From positions 1 through 58,253 of IMG/VR virus record IMGVR_UViG_3300044723_012229: a DNA stretch of 58,253 nt; one strand, 5' to 3'. A model generated the notes under the pieces. It did not search any database, was not told the origin of the DNA, and saw only the letters and a list, made by a program, of their open reading frames with translations. How positions within the stretch are numbered: the stretch's first letter is position 1; each line of letters starts with the position of its first letter. The DNA comes from a virus (Duplodnaviria; Caudoviricetes). The translations under genes were made by a program, and so were the position numbers. Positions 1 to 10,000 of the stretch are shown one piece after another.

Positions 1-1
1 A

Positions 2-283
2 TTAAAATTTTTTGACTGGCATATTAAAGAAGTAAAACACAAAACAAAAAAAGATGTTGACAATATTGATTTATTATGCGATAATAGCTTTTACAAATGT
101 TCAATGAAGGTATTATCAAACGGAAAACTTTATAACTCTAGAGCCGCATGGAAGCATGATCGACCACGAAACGATCATAGAGTTATCGACTGTGCAGAGT
201 TTTGGCAAGACCTCAATGTAATGAACATTTACAATGATAACTCTTTCCCAATAAACAATGAACAGTCAATCAACAGCAGATAG
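2..283 (+). CDS. Hypothetical protein, 5'-truncated (C-terminal ~93 aa)
   Basis: Open frame from the window edge (LKFFDWHIKEVKHK...EFWQDLNVMNIYNDNSFPINNEQSINSR) to TAG at 281-283, overlapping the next start. Absent from the ORF track. Confidence 0.65.
   Translation, partial: LKFFDWHIKEVKHKTKKDVDNIDLLCDNSFYKCSMKVLSNGKLYNSRAAWKHDRPRNDHRVIDCAEFWQDLNVMNIYNDNSFPINNEQSINSR
57..85 (+). promoter_or_regulatory. Putative sigma70-type promoter internal to the upstream ORF
   Basis: TTGACA (57-62), 17-nt spacer, TG-n-GATAAT (80-85); about 170 nt upstream of the 258 start. Confidence 0.45.
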
Positions 284-1079
284 ATCAATTACCCTAGAAT
301 CAGATATAGAAATTAAAAACCCAAAAACCTCTTATCCAAAAAACTACAAAGAAGGTCCGGGCAAATTTAAGAGAAACCAATTTGGTTTACTAGATCACGT
401 AGATTACATCTTTGCCGAAGATGGGTCGGTTAATTGGAGAAGTATGATTAAAGACGAACACCTCTTTCCCAATAAGTCGTGGTTTGACTTAAGAAAGAAA
501 GACGTACCCCGCTCAATCAGTGGTCTCGGAGATCATCAACTACTGATCAAGTTAAGTGGAATAAAAGAGCTAGCAAAGCTTAGAGGTTTTTCGGATGTCT
601 CCTACGAGATAGTAAAATGCGAAGCAGACCATGTTGCCGTGATATGCAAGGTATCCTTTTTACCTAACTACGAAACAGGAGGCAGGCCAGTAGTTTTTCA
701 AGATATGGCTAATGCAACCCTGAATAACACAAGCAGCTTTGCAACAAAATTCCTCGAAACAATAGCTTGCAACAGAGCTTTTGTTAGAGCTGTAAGAAAC
801 TTTTTAAATGTACATATTGTCGGAGATGACGAAATAGATAAATCTAGTTCTCCCGCACCCAGTTCTTCGGCTTCTGCGCCAGGATTAACTCCCTCGTCAA
901 TGATCGAAAACCTAGCGAAAGAAAAATTAAACTGTTCAAACTTTGAAGAGTTTAAAGTTATCCTTAGAGAGTGGTGGGCTAGTGATAAATATAAAAACAA
1001 CGAAGTTAAAAACTGGAACGACTACGAAGATATTCCTGCGTCTCAGGCTAGAATTTTAATGAAACTGATTAACGGTTAA
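258..1079 (+). CDS. Phage protein, putative Rad52/Sak-like single-strand annealing protein
   Basis: 273 aa. The core IKLSGIKELAKLRG...VAVICKV...DMANAT...FLETIACNRAFVRAVRNFLNVHIVGDDE resembles the Rad52-fold 'A.t.A.kRA.r' helix. It is followed by an S/P/A linker and a small C-terminal domain. The function is inferred. Confidence 0.45.
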   Translation: MNSQSTADRSITLESDIEIKNPKTSYPKNYKEGPGKFKRNQFGLLDHVDYIFAEDGSVNWRSMIKDEHLFPNKSWFDLRKKDVPRSISGLGDHQLLIKLSGIKELAKLRGFSDVSYEIVKCEADHVAVICKVSFLPNYETGGRPVVFQDMANATLNNTSSFATKFLETIACNRAFVRAVRNFLNVHIVGDDEIDKSSSPAPSSSASAPGLTPSSMIENLAKEKLNCSNFEEFKVILREWWASDKYKNNEVKNWNDYEDIPASQARILMKLING

Positions 1080-4000
1080 TTACCCTCCAGTTTATTCAAT
1101 CTTTTAGACAAGGATTCAATAGTTTTCTGTTGCTCTTGTACGGCCCCTATAAGCAAAGGCACTAGTTTTTCATATCTCAATCCAAAGTACCCATCTTCTC
1201 TGAGTTTTACAACTTCGGGTAAAACTTTTTTGACTTGCTGAGCGATCAAGCCAACCTCTTCACCGCGAAGGTTTGATTTTTTTTCATTCCATGAAAAACG
1301 CACAGCTTCTATTTTCATTATAGAATCTAGGCAGTTATTTAATAATTCAATATTTTCTTTTAGCCTTTTATCGGAAGAATGAAAAGCAACAACATCTCCC
1401 TCAACATTTAAGTCTCCACTGACAGTAGCATTGTAAAGAGTTGCGTTTCTAATGTCTACCGTATCACCATCGGTAGAACCTTCTCCAATAGAAAAATAAT
1501 TTTTACCATCCACTATTCCAGCCTTAAAAAACGTCTCGTTATTGGCGGGTCTAGTCTCAATATATGCATTAGTGTCACCACTCTCCCCCAAGGTAATTGA
1601 ATCTTTAACTATAGACGCATCTGTCAGCAATAAAGACGTGGCCACATTCTCAAAATCGGCGCCAAAAGATTCCCACTTTGTTTCGTCAAAGGTCGCGGCA
1701 TTAGAGGCCTCAGTGGCAAACCAATACTGATTCTCATGTCTTACAATATCAGAAAAGTCGCGCCCCCCGTCCATACTGGCAGCATAGTATTGGGTGCTAG
1801 CCTTCCAGTCTCCTCTGTAAGCTGTGAAAGACCCCTTATCTCCTTTTTCATTAAGGCTTAGTGTTTGCGTAACAGAAACGGAACTTATGGGATCCCCAGC
1901 TATAAAATTATAAGGTTTGTATTCTATATTAAAAGTAATAGAGGCGCCTTTTGCTTCCAACCCGCTATGATTTCCATAGCTATAATGATCAGCGTGCCCA
2001 TTGCCGGGCACGACAGTTATATCACTACCGCATGTAATTTTATTTGGTGTCTTATCGACAACCCTAAACTCTCCTTCCCCCATGGCTACAGAAGTAGCTG
2101 CTTTTGTTCGGTTTAATTTTACATCCCCTTGAAACACAAAAAGATCTGTTCCTGAACTTTCGTAGTTAATCTGAGTCAGATCATCCCTGCCCGGCAATCC
2201 GTGATACTGATTAGATAATATAGCAGTAATTGCATCAGAACCAGCCACAAGAGCAAATATAGCAACTTGGTCGCTTGCTAAAACAGTACCACTGCTACCC
2301 TCTTTTATTTCACATTTTATGGTAGCAAGTATATTGTTATTTCCGTATCTAGGTGGTGGAGAATAAGTTACTGTATTACCAGTCTCCCAAGTATCCTCTT
2401 TATCAATTGACCCTTGTCCATCATGAGAGAATCTATAATAAACAGTTTCATTATTGTTTGTGAAAAAAGGGTTTGCAGCAATCGTCACCGTATCATTTTC
2501 ATTCAGTAAATAATAATCCGAACTATCATACGCAACGCCTAATTTAGAAGCTTCCAACTCAAGAACTCTCTTTGGCGGAGCATCAGATTGCAGAGAAAAA
2601 CTTTGCTTCTTGGAAATGTCAACCACAGACCCGTTCTCTTTTCTAAGTTTTATGGAGAGAGTCCTGTATCCAGATTCAATACTACTCGCGAAAGACTTTA
2701 AGTCTTTTATAACCATTGCCGAGTCAGACCCAGCGGTTACGTTACCAGAATCTTCCTCTACAATATGTGCTGAAGATGTAGATGTTTCTATAAAATAGCT
2801 ACCATTAGCAGAAGGATAGTCTGAATCTGAATCTCCTTTCGTTTCAGGGTTCATTACAGTATTTCCATGGTAAACAAAAACCCTTGTGCTAGATCCTGCA
2901 ACTACAGGAGCGTCTCCATCATAAGAAGTCCAATAAATCCCCTGAAATTCGTTCTCCAATATAACAGTAATAGAATCGGCACCTCCCCTTAAACCAAAAA
3001 ATGAAAGTTGATCAGAAGCCTCCACAAAGCTACCGTCAGAGTCTTCAGATACTTCGATTTTTATTGTGGCTATATTTTTGCTGCTAAATGTCGAAGGGGG
3101 AACATATTTTAGATTTGTTATGTTACTATACCAACTGCTTACTTTTGAAGACGAGTTAGTTATTACCGTATCCCCTATTTTTATCTGACCAAGTCCGGAT
3201 TCGTTAGTAAACCTGTAATACGGAGTTGCCGCATTATGAGAGTTTATATACTCTAAAGATATGGATGCAGAGTCAGTGCTATTTTCCAGGCCTAAAGTTT
3301 GAGGGTCATAATTAAAGGCTAAATAATCCGCAGAAGCAGAAAGTGATCTAATAGGTCTTGAAGCAGCCTGAAGAGAAAAACTTTGCCTACGGGAAGACGT
3401 AGAGGTAGTGTCATCTTTTCTCTTTAAATATATATTTATATCCCTATGCGCACTAACTGAAGATTGCCCGTAAGAAGCAAGATCACTTATTGTGGCAATT
3501 TTATTAGTAGAATTGTAACTTATATTATTAGACGACTGCTCTGTTATACCAGCGCTTGCAGTCGTAGATATAAAATAGTGTCCGCGCTCACTAGGATAAG
3601 TTCCATTACCATAATCTCCCCCCTTGGCAACAGGCGTCATCAATTCACTACCCTGATAAACATACATTTTTGACCCAGATCCAGTAACCTCAGGAGCATC
3701 CTCCGAGTACGAAGACCAATAGACGCCGTGATGTTCATTTTCCAAAACCAAAGTTATTGCATTTGATCCAGCCTTTAATCCAAAAAACGAAACCTGATCG
3801 GACGCCTCAATATTCCTATCATCACCAGAAGCGTCTTCAGTTATTTCACAAACAACATGGCCTATGTTTTGATCAGAGTATTCGACCGGCGGAACAAATC
3901 TAACTTCATCAATCTCACTACTCCATTCAGAGGAGTAGTCTACCCACTCCCCACTGCTATTTTTATATTCTAAAGCGCCAGAGCCGCTTTGGGTAAACCT

Positions 4001-7000
4001 ATAAAAAACAGTTCCATATGTATTATTTATATTTGTAAATATTATAGAACTTTGATTATTCGGAGACAACTGCAAGTCTTGAGACTCATAATTAAAAGCC
4101 ATACGCTCTGTGCTTAAAATAAGCTGACGGACGGGCGGAGCGCTTTGCGCCAAAGAAAATGTTTGTGATGCGCTCTGTGCAATGGTTTGAACGTCTACAC
4201 CATCTGCTTTTTTAATTGTTACAGCAAAATCCCTACTACCCTGCATAGAGTTTGTATTAAAACTGGTTATGTCTGGATAAGTAAGGCTATCAGATATTTC
4301 TACGCTGTCTTCCGCCTTAAATTCATCTGGAGTAGTTCCTCCGGACACAGGAGAACCAACGGTAGATACCACAAAATACTCTCCCGCGTTTAAATCATTT
4401 ACATCCGCAGTTTTTCTGGCAGTCAATTTAGTGGCGCCAGAGTAAACCTCTAAAGTGGTTGCAGATCCTGCTACATCTGCAACATTATCAGTATCCCATG
4501 CTATAGAATGAGCTGGATTACTTAAAGCGATTGTTGTTGCATCGCTCCCAGATTTTAAGGCGAATACAGACAATTGATCCCCAGAAAGAACATTTTTATC
4601 CGCAGCACCACTATCTTCAGAATATTCACAAAAAACATTGGTAAGAACATTATTCCCACTATGGCTCGAAGGGGGAGTATAGGCTACTCGCGGTATATTT
4701 TTATTACTTAGAGGAGGGGTCCAATCCCCAAATTTATCATCGATAGTATATTCTTCAAAACCTCCATTGTTGTTTTCTATCTTTAAAGAACCTCCCGACG
4801 ACTTGAATCTAAAATACTTAATACTTCCAACGCTATTTCTTAGGGTTGTGGAGAAATACACATCTCCCTCTGTATTTCTATTTAGGCTTAAACTACTATA
4901 ACCTACAGCTAAATGAGAAGAATCTAAAGAAACTGTCCGTGTCGAAACAGCGGGCAAACCTAAAACTATATTCTGAACTAACTGATAAGTATTTAACTGA
5001 CCATCACTATCTTTAGTGGTAATCTTATAATTAATTTTGTCAGAAGTAGTAAACGAAGAAGAGTTCAAGTCTACCCAATTCTCAACCTTCCAAGAAGGAT
5101 CGCTGCCGATCCTCTTTATCTCTAAATTACCTTTTTTATAAACACTGCCGTCTAAAGTAAATCCTTCTAGTTCTACAAAAAACTGTTTATTCTCTAATTC
5201 ATTAAAAGCTATTGCAGTGGAATTATAATCGAAAGAATCTATACCCTCATAAACACTAATAGTATTTTGAGTGTTACTATAATCAGGGATTCTTAAATCG
5301 TTAGAATCATAAGTTATAGGAATAATAGAAGCCTCCTGAGATTGATAGGCAAGCTTCGCATTAGACCCTCTACTAACAGAAACTAATGTCGCCTGATCTG
5401 CGGCTACCTTAACCCATTCTTCTTGGTCGCTTAGACCTGTTTGATCCTGAGAATCGTATGCCTCAACATAAAAAGTTACAGGGTAATGATCAGAATCTAC
5501 ATCGTGCAATTTACCTGCCTCATTTATAGGCAAAGTATAGCTAGAGTTGATACTTTGATCTTGAACCTTTACATAATTCCCTGCCTGGCCAGTAAAAAAT
5601 TCAAACCTAGGTTCTGGATGATGAAAGTTTTCGTGCTGTATGGTTGCAGTAACGCTTGAAACATAAGGATTCAAGCCAACAGTATCATACCTAACAACGG
5701 GAGTATCTAAAACTAAATCAATTTTTCTGCCCTTTTTTCCCTGTGGAGCCTTGCCGAATGTATAGTTTTTTTCAAAAACTGCAGGCGGAAACTGAGGATC
5801 ATCTGCAGCGTTTCTTATATACTTGCAGTCTGATATAGGTATTTTTAAAAAGCTTTCCTCAAAAAATGGAACATTTTTTTCGTTTACTTCGTGAACATCG
5901 GATATATAAGTTATATAGATAACCGCATCACCAACTTCCTCTTTGATCGCCTCGGTTACAGCTTCGTTTTCAGTATATTGAGTAGACTCAATAATACCAT
6001 TACCATTAAACTCAGCGCTCTTCCAAATAGCCTTGCCGAAATTAGGACTGCTTTCGTCTCGGCTTATTTTTTCTATTCTAAAATAAACTTTACCCGGATG
6101 CTTTAGTTTTATATCCTTAAGAAAATTATAATTGCCCTCAAACAATCCGCCCCCAATCGAACCCAGAGTTGGATCTTTAATTGTATAGGTAACATTATCA
6201 ATAACTTCTGCACCATTTTCGTCGTTGTGAGTTGTATAATATTTCCAATTTGAATCTGCATGGTTATCTGGATCCCATGGAACAAAATTAAATAAAGTGT
6301 GACCCCTTTTAAAGATTATATCAGTAGCACCCTTAGGATACTCATCAGAATTTATTCTTCCATATTCATCGCAAGGATATGTATGATTCTCATTTCCCAA
6401 AACGACTGTATAAGAATCCTTCCCTGGTTGTTGTCCATAAACAGTAATAAAATCAGTAGCTAAAAGAAGGTCCTTTCCCCCAAGGCCATCAAGATTTACG
6501 TTTTCATGAACAACAGACACCTTGGCAACAAAAGGCGTCATAGAAACCATCGGAACTTGCTCGCTTAGAGGATCAACGATAGCCTTGCCCCCATTATCAA
6601 ACAAATCAACATTCCAGGCTTCGTTCATATGAACAAGAACATTAACATCCTCACCCTCAGCAGGAATTACAGCTCCGTTGTAAACAAACTTTGTTCCTTG
6701 GTTATTATTTTCTGCACCTATAGAAGTATAATCAAAGTTCGTACTGTTTGTGTTTATAGAGACCTCAGCAGCATTTGCATTGCTATTTTCTTTTACAACT
6801 CTCGTTTCAGCTATTTCGTAAGTCTGACCTTCTACTATCGAGGCTAAGTTTACAACATCAACATCAAAAACACCAGAGCCCAACTTAACAAGATTTTCTG
6901 GCCTTAGATTTACCCCTGTATAAAAGTCAGACCGCACCGCCCCAAAAGTATTATAAGCCTGTGCATTCAATTCAAGCCGGTCAGCATTATTACCCTCAAC

Positions 7001-10000
7001 ATCCCAGTCCCCATCAAAGTCATAATTAAAAATTTGATTTTCTGTATTTAAGTCTACATATACAGCAGAAGAACCATCTGCCACAAAATCAATAGCAATA
7101 CTTCTTTGCATAGAACTGTTGACTCCAGAAACAAAAATAACAACAGAATTATCTTGAGGCAATATACTTACGGAATTATCATTGTCATACCTAATCATAT
7201 CCTCAAACCCATTAACAGACAATTTAGCGGGAGCTACCTTGGCGGTTCCAGGCCCTTTTGGATCTATAACCCCAATATCAAAATCTGCGGGGTTATACTC
7301 GAAACCAGATATTCTATATATTCCATCTTCGGGATCCTTACTATTCTTAAACTCATCGTATGTAAAAAACGCCCTACCTTGAGGATTCCTAATCTCAAAC
7401 AATACCTCGTCAGCATCAATATAACTATTCTGAAATGAAGCAACCAGCGAGCAGTATTGATTTCTGTTTGCAGGTATATAGGTTCCATCAGATTGCTCAA
7501 TGTAAAAGAAAGAGGAAGGTTCTGCAGTCAAGTCTACAAACGTAAACTCACTACCATTATATTGTTTCAACTTTCCAAATAAAGTTAAGGCCTCACCGTC
7601 AAAAAACAGCTTTCCGTCTTTATTCTGAAAAACAAAACTTCCGTCGCCACTAACAGCAAAACCTTGCTGCTGGTGAAGAGGATTACCCTCCTCATCAAGC
7701 ACCATAGAATCCAAACCCCCGAACTCAAAGCTTCTTATTTGACCTTCGCCCCCGACCTGAATATCTTGACCTCTAATCTCGGCGCTTCTTATTTTATCTG
7801 CAGTAAGATTGTGTATTTTAGCATTAGTTATCGCTGCATCTTGAATATGGGCGGTTCCTATTAATGCGTTTGCAAAGGTGTGCCAATAGGGCGTTGCCAC
7901 TCCGTTTACATTTCTAGCAATAATCGAGTGACCGTCTTTAACAAGCTTTGGTTTTTTTAAGTCTACACCTGTAGAAGAAACAATCTCATTATCACTTCCA
8001 TCTACATCAGAGTCAACACCTTCTCCGGCAGGATGATGGTTCGAGCTTTTATATTTTATAATATAAGCCACATCCCTAAGAGGATTATCAACCCCATCAG
8101 TTAATTCTCCGGTTCCAGGTATTCCACTCAGGCCTCTAGCAATCAATTCTTCGCTAGAAATAGGTTTTATTCCATAATCATCAAAAGCGGCATCCTCTTC
8201 TATCTTCAACCAAAAAACACTACCCTGAGTTGAGTCTAAAGGAGATACCCCCCGGTCTTCTTCTGTCATATCTTGCACGCAAATATATAACCCTCCCAAT
8301 TGCTCCTGATTTTCAATTCTATCAAAAATAACAATATCGTCTTTTTCGTACAACTTAGTCTCAGAGTAAAAGTCTGGAGCGTTCCAATAAACAAAAATGT
8401 CTTCAGTGGAATTAGCGTCCACATAGAACCCTACATTATTCTTGTACAATATATGATTCTTCCAGGCTATAGAACTACCCTTGGGCTTGAGAGATCCGTA
8501 CCCCCACTCAGCTCCCCATGATTGATTAACGTCCTTCTCAACTTCTGAGTTATCCTCAAAAGGGTCATTAGGAACAAGAGATATTGCTTCCGGAAAAGTC
8601 TTACTTAATTCAGCTTCAAAATCCGCGACCTCTGTAGCTTTTACTCTTCCAAGTATTAACTCAACTCCTGAAACTTCATTATGCTCATGCTCACTTGGCA
8701 TAGCAACACCGGTAAATGGACTCTTATTTCCTGCATAATCCACAGATCTTACCCAAAAATATCTTTGATCATTTGTCTGACCTTTATAAACAGCCTCCAA
8801 CGAAGCAGAGTTTGCATCAACTTCTAAAATCTTAGATGCATTAACAACACTGTCACCTATATCTTTATTTTTCCCTTTTAGCGCTCCAAAGCTATTAAGT
8901 TCTCCGTCCACAATCCTGTAACCATTTACATTTTGTATTGGACTCAGAGCAAAAACGCTAGAATCTTCACCTTCTACCTTAAGGTACGAATCTTGGGTAG
9001 AATCAGACATCCACACCTCGTAATGATTTATGTCATTAATATGGTCTTTAAATAAATTATTACCTTTATTATAAACACCATACATATCCCAGTTCAAAAA
9101 GTAATTCTCAAACGCTGTATCTCCAGTGAGATTCGAAACGGGCCCAGGCACACTAGACCATTCATTATCTGGACCAACTTGCTCCCTCGATGGATCAGGA
9201 GCCCCTGGGTTTGGTCGCACAATCGGACCCGGAGGTAGTGAAGGATTTTCATTAAAATATCTTTTAGGATATGCTATAACCTGATCTTCTATTTCACTCT
9301 GCTGTTGATAGTTTTTAATCGCATTATATGCATAACCAGAACCAAAATCATCATAAGGCAGCAATTTATAGTAATAAGTTGTAGGCAATTGCATGCCAAA
9401 ACTATCAGAGCCCTCATCCTGGTCTACATCCAAAGGAGGGATGTCTATAACCTGCTCTATGTTATCACCAAAACTCGCATCAGAAGATCCCGCCACAGAC
9501 TTAATAAAAGTATAATCATTGCCCAGCTCTTGCAAAGCCTCAGGGGTAAAACCCATTTCTCCAAATGGAAGACCTGCGGCCCCAGTAATTTCAAAATTAG
9601 GGTCTTTAGATCTGTAAACATCTACTTTTGTCGTTTTTTCCCTAGCGGAGTCTTTGTACTTAAAGTCAAACTTAACGATCGAAGCGGAAGAAACAGTATC
9701 TACAGAAAAAGATCCTGGAAGTATTTGGGGTGCAGGATTATAAGCTTCAATTCTTTCTTTTTGTAAAATTTTTCCAAAACTTGATAAAATACCAACCTCC
9801 AATCCAACACCTCGTTTGCCTTGCTGAGGAATACCTATATGACCAAAAACGCTTGTTTTAGATATATGATCAGTGTCGTGCTCCCAAAAAGGAATCCATG
9901 AAGATTCTTCATAAGAAGATTCTGTGTTTTTTCCTGGATTAGTTATTGCCAATATCGGTGCCGACGTTGGGTTATTTTTTGTGCATTTATATACCTGCCC

